Shown: one piece after another, positions 21,691-33,099 of the stretch | How the letters are laid out: each line of letters opens with the position of its first letter | Numbering within the stretch: position 1 is the stretch's first letter | Source: Neoechinorhynchus agilis | Lineage: Eukaryota > Animalia > Acanthocephala | NCBI GenBank assembly: GCA_051530055.1 | Contig: CM121341.1 | Span: 5,062,784 to 5,126,783, forward strand | Length of the DNA: 64,000 nucleotides | Direction of reading: 5' to 3' | The notes under the pieces: model-generated | Databases searched by the model: none | What the model saw: the letters and a program-made list of their open reading frames with translations, nothing else | Told to the model about the DNA's origin: nothing | Made by a program: the position numbers and the translations under genes

Positions 21691-23346
21691 TTATTTGATT
21701 ATCCATGAAGGAAAAGAAATAACGGCGTAAGCCAAGATCAATGTTGAACAGCAGAAAAATAAACAATACATCGAACCGTAGAAGTAGCGGTTATTATTTC
21801 CATTAGAATTATTTTCGAGGACGCTGGTGTTTCCTGCTGAATACAACTCATCCAAATCTGGTATTTTTGTGTCTTCGATTGAACAGGAGTCTCCTTCAAC
21901 TGAACACTTCATATCGGACTCCGACTTGTTGTGGATATCGTCCATGCCAGGTCCGACATTGATTTCTGTCTGTCCTGTGCCGACTTGAACGCTTTCCTTT
22001 AAATTTGGGAACTCTGAAGCTTTATCTTTAGTCGTCTTCTCATGACTGGAATCTTCAGAGGGACGATGTTTATTGATCTCAAGTTGATTTGAATTAACCA
22101 CATTGGTGGCCTGATTGGATTCCTTGACGGATTTGTCATTTTGTTTGCTGTCAGCAATCGTTGAATGATTCTGATGTTTCATGGAATCTCTTGGGAGTGA
22201 CTCATTCGAGCGTTCAACGCAATCTGAATCCATTGGTCCGACATTGATTTCTGTCTGTCCTGTGCCGACTTGAGCGCCTTCCTTTAAATTTGGGAACTCT
22301 GAAGCTTTATCTTTAGTCGTCTTCTCGTGACTGGAATCTTCAGAGGGACGATGTTTATTGATCTCAAGTTGATTTGAATTAACCACATTGGTGGCCTGAT
22401 TGGATTCCTTGACGGATTTGTCATTTTGTTTGCTGTCAGCAATCGTTGAATGCTTCTGATGTTTCATAGAATCTCTTGGAACTGACTTAAAACACGCAGC
22501 ATCGCCTTTATTCCGATTTTCCGATTGCTCTAGCAATTGAGTAAATGGCGCATCTGAATCCATTGGTCCGACATCGACTTCTGTCTGTCCTGTGCCGACT
22601 TGAGCGCCTTCCTTTAAATTTGGAAACTCTGAAGCTTTATCTTTAGTCGTCTTCTCGTGACTGGAATCTTCAGAGGGACGACGTTTATTGATCCCAAGTT
22701 GATTTGAATTAACCACATTGGTGCCCAGGGTAGATTCCTCGACGGATTTGTCCTTTTGTTTGCTGTCAGCAATCGTTGAATGCTTCTGATGTTTCATAGA
22801 ATCTCTTGGAACTGACTTAAAACACGCAGCATCGCCTTTATTCCGATTTTCCGATTGCTCGAGCAATTGAGTAAATAGCGATGTAGAGTTTGTGATGTTT
22901 GGTTCGCCCAAGTCCATTTTGGAAGACGAACACGACAAGGATCTTGAGAAATACATCGGTTCATGAAATGAGTTGTTTGGTTGTACCAAGTTTTTATTAC
23001 TGTAATAAGTTAAGCTACTTGAGTAGGAATAAAACATAGTGCTGTTGATTTCCTCCTCCATGGTTTCAAGTTGTTCCTCAGATGAATTTTTGTTCGGTCT
23101 TTTAATGTCACAACTTCGCCTCATTCTACGTGCCCGCTTCCGACCCTTCTGGTGCTTTTGGCAGCTCGTATTGACTGGAGATTTCGAAAATGATGACCAG
23201 CGTCGCAAACTTTCTTGCTTTAAAGGTTCCATTTTGACTAAAATTCCAAGAAGACCAATCCGCGATATATATACGCATTTTGGATGCGTATCAATTGCGA
23301 AGATTAATAAAGACATTAACGGGTCATTTAATAGGGTAAAGGTCAT
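21691..23346 (-). CDS. Orphan low-complexity protein with 2-3 internal repeats of about 80-110 aa, a basic NLS-like patch and a C-terminal TM anchor
   Basis: 551-aa ORF with repeat FTQLLEQSENRNKG...VGPMDSD, KGRKRARRMRR, and a hydrophobic tail YCLFFCCSTLILAYAVISF. Confidence 0.75.
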   Translation of the reverse strand: MTFTLLNDPLMSLLIFAIDTHPKCVYISRIGLLGILVKMEPLKQESLRRWSSFSKSPVNTSCQKHQKGRKRARRMRRSCDIKRPNKNSSEEQLETMEEEINSTMFYSYSSSLTYYSNKNLVQPNNSFHEPMYFSRSLSCSSSKMDLGEPNITNSTSLFTQLLEQSENRNKGDAACFKSVPRDSMKHQKHSTIADSKQKDKSVEESTLGTNVVNSNQLGINKRRPSEDSSHEKTTKDKASEFPNLKEGAQVGTGQTEVDVGPMDSDAPFTQLLEQSENRNKGDAACFKSVPRDSMKHQKHSTIADSKQNDKSVKESNQATNVVNSNQLEINKHRPSEDSSHEKTTKDKASEFPNLKEGAQVGTGQTEINVGPMDSDCVERSNESLPRDSMKHQNHSTIADSKQNDKSVKESNQATNVVNSNQLEINKHRPSEDSSHEKTTKDKASEFPNLKESVQVGTGQTEINVGPGMDDIHNKSESDMKCSVEGDSCSIEDTKIPDLDELYSAGNTSVLENNSNGNNNRYFYGSMYCLFFCCSTLILAYAVISFPSWIIK

Positions 23347-24388
23347 TCATTCTTTAAGGATAAACTATAACGAAGGTAGCTACTTTGGAATCGATGTCAA
23401 CAGGTCTTCTGCTTGACTATAATCGTGACTCGACTGAATAAGATCTTGGAATATTGTTTTAATGAGCTCTCAGGATCTCGGACGTGTTTTCTAACTATCC
23501 AAGTGCACTTTAATTGTTCCGATCTATCGATATTTAATGCTCATAACGTTTTTATGGCGGAAAATCGCAGGAATTTTATTAAATCCGAAATTCGAGCACA
23601 ATCTCGTGCCTTTATCAAGGGGTTTTATTCGCACTTTATGCAAATCTATCGATCAATGATGTTCACACTTGTAAATCGTGAACAATCGCAGTAGATTTCT
23701 TTTAAATAGTTTTTGTCGAATGTCTGAAGATTGAACTAAAAGGCACCCAACAATGCTCATAACCATCAACTGGTTCAATAGATAGAAAGGTTAAAATCAT
23801 TGATCAAGAATTTTTGTCAATGCTTTGAACTCTATCTTTAAAATGTTTTTTGTCTTGATTCAGCTCAATGATCCGTTTTCGATTAATTTTGCTATATCAT
23901 CTAGTTTGTGTCCTCGTCTTCGTTATATTTTCCGGTTTAAGATGAAGAAATAATATCAGATACCGATGCCTCTTCGCTCGGAACAATATGAAGACGGAAA
24001 CTTGACACTCCCAAAATCTTGTTGAAAAGATAATTCATTGTTATTTGTCGATAGGAGAAATGAAATTAAGAATTTATTGGATATTTCGATCCACTATCTC
24101 TCAAGTGTTTACGACAAACTCCCAAAATCGAGCCAAGTGACCGAGCTTCTCAACCGGATTTTGCTAGGGTCGTGGAGGAATTTTATCCCTGGCCAAAACA
24201 GCAGTTCTCAAGTTTCATTAAGCCTCTCTTCGGCGACTCGTTTCACAAATACTTTGGTCTATCCTTTTTTGATTAATATTGTCCTAGAAATCCAATCTCG
24301 ATTGGTGGCAGTCTCGACTTAGAGAATCAGGTGTTTGGCAAAACGCTCTCTTAGGTTGTTTTCTTTGGGTACCTTTTGACGAGATAGT

Positions 24389-24833
24389 AAGGATCGCAGT
24401 GTCCCACTGAGACTTCAGGAGCGATCGTAAAGTCGTGGTTCGTCAACAATCGTCTGGAAGGTACGAGACGCCGAAGTGAACGCAATTCTCTCAGTCGTGC
24501 CCAGAATACTGAGAATTCGAAAAGAACATCCTAGAGTCAATCTATTTTTGCCGACTCGATCGATGGCGATAGACCGGACGGTGTCAGAATGTTTCCTCGG
24601 CGAGCAGCCACCAACATAAAATTCGCCGTTGTTAAACCTGACAATGGGAGCAGTGACCACCTTTGAGGATCCCGAAAAGATTAGAAATCATTATTTCGTT
24701 CCCTTTGGCAATGAGACATTCAGATCGTTTTGTACCGTTGCAAGGAAGCTGATCAATCAATTGTCCAAGAGACTCAGATGATCCGAGGACAGGAACATTG
24801 TTGGAACGCTGAATCCGTCCTTTTGACCATTAC
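24389..24833 (+). mobile_element. Decayed CRE 3' (RLE) remnant
   Basis: RIAVSLRL, DRPDGV and NHYFVPFGNETF remnants align with 2507-3150 and 35650-36330. Confidence 0.75.
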
Positions 24834-25854
24834 ACCACGAAAATCAATGCAGGAAGCTCAGAATCCAAAAGCTTTTTTTCCGAGCAATCGCCATAATGAT
24901 CGCCTGGAATGCAATTTTTAATGACGTTCTGCATTCCTTTAAATTGGTAAATGAAATCAATATAACGACTAATAGTTCCACAAACGTAGACCGATTATTA
25001 CGAATCCTTTTTAAAATCAAAAAATGCAGTTCTCACGGAATTCTAGGTCGTTACACAAATGAGAATTTTTCGCATTCCTTAGAACGATTACGTATTTATT
25101 TACTAAATATGACAAATCAATCAGCCTCGAAGTCCGATTCAATGAAATCAATTTCATGATTGAACGCAAGACATTGACGAAGTGGCACATTTCCTAAAGC
25201 TTCATAATGTCCAAACGATCAATAAAATTAAAAAAAAATTTAAATTGAATATTGTTCGATAATGTTGGTTGCGTAAAAATAAGTAACCAACATGCAACAA
25301 TGCGGTTGTTAGAAAAAACACGAAACAAATGCCTATTATTTTTGCAAACTCCTTCCCAATTTCCAATAATCACCCGGTTAAAAATCATTTTATTGTTCGC
25401 GAAATATTTCGAAAAAGAGGAAACCTCCTCTTATCAGTCCTTGCTTGTAAACTCAGATATTTAAAAAATTATAATGATTGATAAGACGAGGTTTTTCTCA
25501 TCTCGCTCCCACAATCAAATTGTACATGTATTTTTTTTATTACTAGAAAAATAGTTATTGATTTATTAACTCCTAATATTTCGTTGGACTTCTTCAGGTT
25601 AGCAGCGGACTAAATATTGGGAGTGCATAAATCAATCTCTATTTTTTATCATCACCTAAAATACATATACGATTTCCCGATAATATTCCGCGACAGCAAA
25701 TGGGGGGGACTCGTATTCCTCAGGATAATATTCAATAATAATAATTAATATCTCTGACGATTGAATTATTGTGATGTTTTCATGTGCGGTGTATAAAAAA
25801 AGAATTCAGAAATACTTGAAATCAATAAATTATCTTTAATTTTTATATACCGCA

Positions 25855-26778
25855 GATGAATAAATCCCTCGTTTTTTTCTCAATTCCCCGGTAATATTTC
25901 AAGAATAATCCCTCGTTTTCTCAATTCCCCTTTAATATTTTAGGAAAAATCCCTCGTTTTCTCAATTCCCCGTTAATATTTTAGGAATAATCCCCCGTTT
26001 TCTCAATTCCCCGGTAATATTTTAGGAATAATCCCTCGTTTTCTCAATTCCCCGGTAATATTTTAAGAATAATCCCTCGTTTTCTCAATTCCCCGGTAAT
26101 ATTTTAGGAATAATCCCTCGTTTTCTCAATTCCCCTTTAATATTTTAGGAATAATCCCTCGTTTTCTCAATTCCCCGAGAATTTTTTAAGAATAATCCCT
26201 CTTTTTCTCAATTCCCCGGTAATATTTCAAGAATAATCCCCCGTTTTCTCAATTCCCCTTTAATATTTTAGGAATAATCCCTCGTTTTTTCAATTCCCCG
26301 GTACTACTTCAAGAAAAATCCCTCGTTTTCTCAATTCCCCGAGAAGTTTTTAAGAATAATCCCTCGTTTTCTCAATTCCCCTTTAATATTTTAGGAATAA
26401 TCCCTCGTTTTCTCAATTCCCCGTTAATATTTTAGGAATAATCCCTCGTTTTCTCAATTCCCCGGTAATATTTTAAGAATAATCCCTCGTTTTTTCAATT
26501 CCCCTTTAATATTTTAGGAATAATCCCTCATTTTCTCAATTCCCCGGTAATATTTCAAGAATAATCCCCCGTTTTCTCAATTCCCCTTTAATATTTTAGG
26601 AATAATCCCTCGTTTTTTCAATTCCCCGATAATATTTTAGGAAAAATCCCTCATTTTCTCAATTCCCCGGTAATATTTTAAGAATAATCCCTCGTTTTCT
26701 CAATTCCCCTTTAATATTTTAGGAGTAATCCCTCGTTTTCTCAATTCCCCTTTAATATTTTAAGAATAATCCCTCGTA
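25855..26778. repeat. Minisatellite, about 40-bp unit (aggaataatccctcgttttctcaattccccggtaatatttt), about 23 copies, bracketed by roughly 100-bp direct repeats
   Basis: Direct reading; flanks 'gacgattgaattatt.tgatgttttcatgtgcggtgtataaaa' at about 25757 and 26793. Confidence 0.95.
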
Positions 26779-26899
26779 TTTTGTCTCATCTTTGACGATT
26801 GAATTATTCTGATGTTTTCATGTGCGGTGTATAAAAGAATTCTTAAAATTTTTTTATGCACCACAGATGAAAAACTTGCTCCCCGTGTCCCGTTTTCAC

Positions 26900-27045
26900 C
26901 GCGATGACGTCACATTGTGCGGTCCACTTTGTGACGTCACTCGCGGAATTCTTCCAGCTCTCCATAAACGAACACGACGCGGTCCCGCCGAATCTACACG
27001 CGTTCTAGACTACATCTAGAAGGGTTGTGACTGCACTATAAAACA
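26900..27045 (+). promoter_or_regulatory. HSP70 promoter: two TGACGTCA (CRE/ATF) sites, HSE-like TTCTAGA/TCTAGAA elements, TATAAAA
   Basis: gatgacgtca at about 26905, gtgacgtca at about 26931, gttctagac...atctagaag at 27002-27022, ctataaaa at about 27037. Confidence 0.65.
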
Positions 27046-27118
27046 CAGCGTTCTCCCCGTTGCTCGCTTCACAGTCTTACACACACACTCCAATTCTGTC
27101 TCTCTCTCTCGAAAAGAC

Positions 27119-29062
27119 ATGTCCAAAGCTCCAGCGATAGGAATCGATCTCGGGACCACGTATTCGTGTGTTGGTGTATTTCAGCATGGTAAGGTTGAGA
27201 TCATCGCCAACGACCAAGGGAACCGGACTACGCCTTCGTACGTCGCATTTACGGACAGTGAACGGTTAATCGGTGATGCCGCTAAGAACCAAGTGGCCAT
27301 GAACCCTTCGAATACCGTCTTTGACGCAAAACGGCTCATCGGACGAAAATTCGACGATTCCAGCGTCCAAGCCGACATGAAGCATTGGCCTTTTAAAGTA
27401 GTCAATGATGCCGGGAAACCAAAGATCCAAGTTGAATATAAAGGAGAGGTCAAGAAGTTTTGGCCGGAGGAAGTGAGTTCAATGGTTTTGACTAAAATGA
27501 AGGAGATCGCCGAAGCGTATCTGGGGAAAAGCGTCACTGACGCCGTCGTTACTGTTCCGGCCTACTTTAATGATAGTCAACGCCAAGCGACCAAGGATGC
27601 TGGTGCCATCGCTGGTCTCAATGTCCTCAGGATCATCAATGAACCTACCGCAGCCGCCATCGCTTACGGATTAGACAAAAAAGTGAGCGGGGAAAAGAAC
27701 GTGCTAATTTTTGATTTGGGAGGTGGTACTTTTGATGTCAGTATTCTAACCATAGAAGATGGCATCTTCGAAGTGAAATCGACCGCTGGAGACACTCATT
27801 TGGGTGGTGAAGATTTCGATAACCGAATGGTCGATCATCTCATGAAAGAGTTTAAGCGAAAGAATAAAAAAGACATCAGTGACAATAAACGAAGTTTGAG
27901 ACGTCTTAGAACTGCTTGTGAGCGAGCTAAACGAACGCTGTCTTCGTCAACTCAGGCCAGCATTGAAATTGATTCTTTGTATGAAGGAGTCGATTTCTAT
28001 ACGAGTATTACAAGAGCTCGGTTCGAGGAACTATGTGCTGATCTTTTTAGAAGCACTCTTGAACCCGTGGAAAAGGCCTTGAGGGATGCTAAGATGGACA
28101 AGGGCGGAATTCACGACATTGTACTCGTTGGCGGATCAACGCGTATCCCAAAGATCCAGAAACTTCTTAAGGAGTTCTTCAATGACAAGGAACTCAATAA
28201 GAGTATTAATCCGGACGAAGCAGTCGCTTATGGAGCTGCCGTTCAAGCTGCCATTTTGTCTGGAGACAAATCAGACGCCGTCAAAGATCTTCTTCTTCTT
28301 GATGTGACTCCTTTAAGTCTCGGAATTGAGACGGCCGGTGGTGTAATGACCGTATTGATCAAACGGAATACTACGATTCCTACAAAACAATGTCAAACGT
28401 TTACTACCTATTCGGACAATCAACCAGGAGTACTGATTCAGGTCTTTGAAGGAGAACGGACGATGACCAAAGATAACAATCTTCTTGGGAAATTCGAATT
28501 GACCGGCATTCCACCAGCCCGTCGCGGTGTGCCTCAGATCGAAGTAACGTTCGATATTGACGCCAATGGCATCATGAACGTTAGCGCTTCTGACAAAGGC
28601 ACCGGACTTCAGAACAAAATCACCATTACCAACGATAAAGGACGCCTAAACAAAGATCAAATCGACCAAATGGTGAAGGAAGCTGAAAAGTACAGGAAAG
28701 AAGACGAAGAACAGAGGGAAAAAATTGAAGCGAAAAACAAACTTGAAACGTACTGCTTTAACATGAAGCAAACTATTGAAGACGAAAAAATCAGCTCAAA
28801 GTTAGGAGCCGATGATATCGCTAATGTTAAAGCAAAGGTAGACGAAGCGCTCAAATGGCTAGATAGTAACCAGACTGCCGAGAAAGACGAGTTTGAGTAT
28901 CATTTGAAGGAGCTAGAAAAAGCGTGTAGTCCAATCATGACCAAATTGTACCAGGGTGCCGGTGGCATGCCTGGAGGAATGCCCGGTGGAATGCCCGGTG
29001 GGATGCCCGGTGGCGCTGGCGGTGCTTCCGGAGGTGGACCAACCATCGAAGAAGTTGACTAA
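27119..29062 (+). CDS. HSP70: Cytosolic heat shock protein 70, intronless, 647 aa
   Basis: [26 protein letters not shown] repeats and terminal EEVD. Confidence 0.98.
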   Translation: MSKAPAIGIDLGTTYSCVGVFQHGKVEIIANDQGNRTTPSYVAFTDSERLIGDAAKNQVAMNPSNTVFDAKRLIGRKFDDSSVQADMKHWPFKVVNDAGKPKIQVEYKGEVKKFWPEEVSSMVLTKMKEIAEAYLGKSVTDAVVTVPAYFNDSQRQATKDAGAIAGLNVLRIINEPTAAAIAYGLDKKVSGEKNVLIFDLGGGTFDVSILTIEDGIFEVKSTAGDTHLGGEDFDNRMVDHLMKEFKRKNKKDISDNKRSLRRLRTACERAKRTLSSSTQASIEIDSLYEGVDFYTSITRARFEELCADLFRSTLEPVEKALRDAKMDKGGIHDIVLVGGSTRIPKIQKLLKEFFNDKELNKSINPDEAVAYGAAVQAAILSGDKSDAVKDLLLLDVTPLSLGIETAGGVMTVLIKRNTTIPTKQCQTFTTYSDNQPGVLIQVFEGERTMTKDNNLLGKFELTGIPPARRGVPQIEVTFDIDANGIMNVSASDKGTGLQNKITITNDKGRLNKDQIDQMVKEAEKYRKEDEEQREKIEAKNKLETYCFNMKQTIEDEKISSKLGADDIANVKAKVDEALKWLDSNQTAEKDEFEYHLKELEKACSPIMTKLYQGAGGMPGGMPGGMPGGMPGGAGGASGGGPTIEEVD

Positions 29063-29274
29063 AAAGGATCGAGACTGCGTAGAGTGCTAATATCAGAAGA
29101 AACAACGAGCGCTGGCGGTAAAGGTACACGGGATTTCGAGTGGATTCTAATTTTTTTGCCGTCCAGCGGTATTTTTAGGGCGCAAAAAATCTACTTATAA
29201 AAGAGTACGGACGAAATTGAGAAAAATTAACCTAAAAAAGGCGGCACTCCGACGGTTTAGACATTAGGAACAAG

Positions 29275-29420
29275 ACGTTTCTTTTAGTTATCCTAAATTC
29301 TGAGGAGCTCACGAATCAATCTTAGCCCTCTCGGTTCTCCTGTTATATTTTTCGAGTTTTAAAAACTACCTCCTTTATTTTGGCTTTAGGATTTTTTCAT
29401 GAGAAATCGAAATGCGTTAG
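29275..29420. repeat. Dispersed repeat of about 140 bp, copy 1 (copy 2 at about 32753-32892)
   Basis: atcctaaattctgaggagctcacgaa...gagaaatcgaaatgcg is shared by both copies. Confidence 0.85.
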
Positions 29421-29495
29421 GATAAAAAATAGTGTTGCTTTCTAAACTTTGAGTGCTAATAATTTCGCTTGAAATCAAGCTCTCTACTATGGAAT

Positions 29496-30314
29496 CTATT
29501 TTTCATTCAACCAATTCGGTACGTTGTTCTGATTTTCGTCAATTGGTCCATTTATCCACCTTTGCAAGCGTTCTCCATCTTCAATGAGTTTCCCAAGCGA
29601 CTTCATTAGCGCTGGTGATTTGGCAAACCCAATCGCAGAACTGACGATGCTCTGTTCCAAGGTCAATCCAATTGAAGTCTGTGGTACATGAAAAGCTTGT
29701 AAATATTGATTGATTCCAAAAGGCTGGGGATTCTGACCAGTATTTGCCGGTATCGCAGCCGATGCGCTAATTTGGGCTCCGTGCACAAAATGTCTTTCAT
29801 TTCCTCTGCTTAAAGGCACCGCTGAACTTATCGTTTTTTGGTGAATTTGAGGCTGTCTGATTAACTTTTCGTTCTTCATTCTTACTTCTACGGCCGAAAT
29901 TCTGTCTCGACTTCTTAAGTTACTATTTTTCTCAAAAGTTTCTTTCACTTGTTCGGCTGACATTTTGATTAGTGCCTTATAAGTCGGTTCATCGATCCGT
30001 GGACGCCCTCTGCCTTTTTTCTGATACAATTCACCATCCACTTCTCGTTCCACTGCGTCCACGAGATCTTTCATAAGGGCCACAATGTGTTTTCGAATAT
30101 AAATCTCAAGATCCTTCGGTGGTCGACCAACTCGTTTTTTATATGTCCGACGGTTAACCGCTTTTTCTACTGGAATCCGCGGCAAGGAAACTGGTTCAAC
30201 GAATCGCGGAGTGGCATTAAGATTTTGCTGTTCAATAATTTTCGGTGCGTCAGCCGAGTTTGTAGGATTTTTTTGAACGTGGTCATTAGCACTTTCCTTG
30301 TTTATGTTTGCCAT
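29496..30314 (-). CDS. Orphan 272-aa protein with two AT-hooks
   Basis: KRVGRPPK and KGRGRPRI motifs; single-exon ORF with a clean ATG. Confidence 0.75.
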   Translation of the reverse strand: MANINKESANDHVQKNPTNSADAPKIIEQQNLNATPRFVEPVSLPRIPVEKAVNRRTYKKRVGRPPKDLEIYIRKHIVALMKDLVDAVEREVDGELYQKKGRGRPRIDEPTYKALIKMSAEQVKETFEKNSNLRSRDRISAVEVRMKNEKLIRQPQIHQKTISSAVPLSRGNERHFVHGAQISASAAIPANTGQNPQPFGINQYLQAFHVPQTSIGLTLEQSIVSSAIGFAKSPALMKSLGKLIEDGERLQRWINGPIDENQNNVPNWLNEK

Positions 30315-31487
30315 CTTTAGAATGAGAAAATTATCAGAAATGTTCCAAGTGCTCGAAAAATTAAGAATAAAATTTGTCTGAATGGATCTTTTTAACGAGC
30401 AAACAAAGTGAGACGGAGAGAAGTCTAAAAAGTTTTGTAAAAAAGTTTCGTTTAATCGTCCGTTTTATACCCTTAGACATTGTACGCAAATTTCATGCCC
30501 ATTATTAGAAATGTTGACAAAACAAAATTCAAGAAGCCTCGTGATTTCGTCTACGATCACATTTCTTAGTGAAGTTTGTCAACGTTTAAGAAAAACTGAA
30601 ATGTTGGCACTTGAGATTCATGGAGCAGCTATAAAAATAATTTTATTGATACTCCAAAGAAACGGTGACGATTTAATTGCTGCAAAAAGAATTAAGCACA
30701 TTCTTCAACTTGTGTTTACCTGCTACAATTTTTTTTAGGTAAATCAAGAAAACGAAATTTATCCCGAAAGGAGAAGAATCGATAGCGCCTACAACTAATA
30801 TTGTTCCTTAATATTTTCAAACTGATTTCCGTTAAATCGATTTAAAGTTAGGATACCATTTTTGTTCGTACTCAGTTTTCGGTTTTAACCCCGTAAGCTT
30901 CCTCCGCGCCATAAATTCACTCCTCTTAAACACGTAACTTAAACAATTCACATGTTTTTGAGCTTTCTCAATACGTTAAGATGTTATTGAAGGTGTAAAT
31001 GTATCTTATGATCGAAAAGGTTCATTTAAAATAAGTAGATTGCGTGTGTTTTTCAGGATCCCGAAGGTGGAGTGTAACTTAAGGACAATGAAAAAGATAA
31101 CGTGGGGTTGAGAAGTCAGTCGAAAATCTACCAACTGATTAAAAAGAAAAAAGTATTGTGAGAATGCTCCTAAATATACCAGGAAACTGCCGATTTGTTT
31201 TGAGATTCGAGCTAAATAGAAAATTGATTCCACGATGCATCGTAAAGTGCTAATAAGTCGATATTTCGACTGTAGAGAAAGATTAAGACGATGATATTTA
31301 TAAGAAGTGTCAATCAAAATGTTTGAGAAATTGTTGCAAAAAGTTGAGATTCAAACTATAGAATGGCCGCTATAAAGGCGAAAACCTAAGGAGAGATATT
31401 GCTATTGGCACAGAAACGATTTCCTTAGAACCATTTCGGTCGTCTTACAAAACAGGCCTGCCCATCAAAGATGGACAATCGAACGAC

Positions 31488-31658
31488 TTTTTTATAGCGA
31501 ATTATCAAATAATTGATTTCATAATTTTCGGCCTTCGCGTAAACCTCCAGTCAATTGCCTGCAAGTTTTTTTCTTGCAAGCAATAGACTGAAGGTCTACG
31601 CGAAGGCCGAAAATTATCAAACAAATCCATCAATTATTTGATAATTCGCTATAAAAAA
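31488..31658. mobile_element. Foldback MITE, about 170 bp, almost fully palindromic
   Basis: TIR ttttttatagcgaattatcaaataattgat / atcaattatttgataattcgctataaaaaa; inner IR attttcggccttcgcgta / tacgcgaaggccgaaaat. Confidence 0.85.
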
Positions 31659-32125
31659 TCGAAAGACTAACGTTGGGCATTCTGATAGATTTTGTTTAAA
31701 GTTATACTAATAATTTTAACATTTCGTTTTTTCCAGTAATGACAACGCGGATTTTCTATCGATGCTTATCTTTATGTTTGTTTATGACGGAGAAAGTGAA
31801 GGAATTTTATTGAATCCAATATTTAGGCACAATCTCGTGCCAAAGTTCTACGCAACGTGTGCACTCTTAGCAATATCCAACTAACGGTTTTTAATCTGGA
31901 ACCAAAGTCTGATATTGCAATTGTTTACAAACATTCTGATAGATATTCAATGCTTAAATCAATATTTCTTTAAAAATTATACGAATTTAGAAAAAGTAAT
32001 ATAAAAAGCAGGAAAATTGAACTGCACATTTTATAATATTTTCGTAGAGCCTCACCAATGATCGCTTCAAGGTTGCTATGACAACGCCACCTTAAACCAA
32101 GTTCCCATTGTCGTTCTGAATTCAA

Positions 32126-32506
32126 ATGAACGCGGATGGACCAGTGTTTCACAAGGATCGTGTTGAGAAAGTTGTTCGTCGATATTTGAATGGTCGTTTC
32201 GATGGAAAAGACGCTTCGGCATATCCGGAGGATATGAGAGATTTGTGCGGCCGTTTATTTGAAGTCCTGGACGAAGAAAACATTGATCCGAATTCGGCTT
32301 ATAAGACAATAATTCAAGCGAATGCTTCACGAAGGCGATCAGCCGAGGAAACGTCAATTGTGCCGCTGAATTGCAGTATGATTTGTGGGAACCAATTGCG
32401 ATTTGATCCCAAAACCGACAGCTCAACTAACGTTGTCTATTGCAATGAACATTTTAATATTATTGTCACCATTTTCGCCATTCTTTGGCCAAATCGTTTG
32501 AATTAA
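32126..32506 (+). CDS. Tctex-1 family dynein light chain
   Basis: F..D.V..VV..YL, YKTIIQ, RFDPKTDS..V.Y.NEHF.IIVTIFAI match the Tctex-1 pattern. Confidence 0.7.
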   Translation: MNADGPVFHKDRVEKVVRRYLNGRFDGKDASAYPEDMRDLCGRLFEVLDEENIDPNSAYKTIIQANASRRRSAEETSIVPLNCSMICGNQLRFDPKTDSSTNVVYCNEHFNIIVTIFAILWPNRLN

Positions 32507-32752
32507 AGCCACGTAGAACTCCTATTGCTTACGTTGGGTTCCTTTGAAAAATCTAAAATGTGCCAGATATTGATTTTCCTTTTGTTCAAATAATTTCGGT
32601 TTCACCACCACTTTCTTGTCTTCCAACAGCTAAAATCTCTAAACGAAATGGAAACTTTTAGGCATTCAAAATCTTTATGGAGTTTTGTTTGACAAAAATT
32701 AAGCTTCTCTCTGGGAGCATAAAAAGAAGCAGCATTTGGGTTTTTTTCTGTG

Positions 32753-32892
32753 GACGTTTTTTAGCCATCCTAAATTCTGAGGAGCTCACGAACCAATCCA
32801 GCCCTCTCGGTTCTCCTGTTATATTTTTAGAGTTTCAAAAACTACCTCCTTTATTTTGGCTTTAAAATTTTTGGTGAGAAATCGAAATGCGG
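32753..32892. repeat. Dispersed repeat of about 140 bp, copy 2
   Basis: Aligns to 29275-29420. Confidence 0.85.
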
Positions 32893-33099
32893 CCTTCCAA
32901 AAAAGTGAATCTAATAAAGTCCGCAAATTTGGACCAAATGCCCAAATCAATGACGTCACTACGTTGATTCTTTCCGCTACATTTTCCCACTGTTTTCCAA
33001 TGCGCGCTTCAAATCCGAAAGAATTTATTTGTGTACGTCAAATCTCGATTCCCATTGTCCTTCTCACGTGTGTGTTTGTCTTTTTGTGGTCATTTGGAT

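Noticed and set aside
23400-24380. Gene or RT remnant
   Set aside because: Only short stop-interrupted frames and no diagnostic motif on either strand.
25855-26778. CRISPR array or multimerised heat-shock elements
   Set aside because: Units are contiguous with no unique spacers and the context is eukaryotic; TTC spacing does not fit nGAAn arrays.
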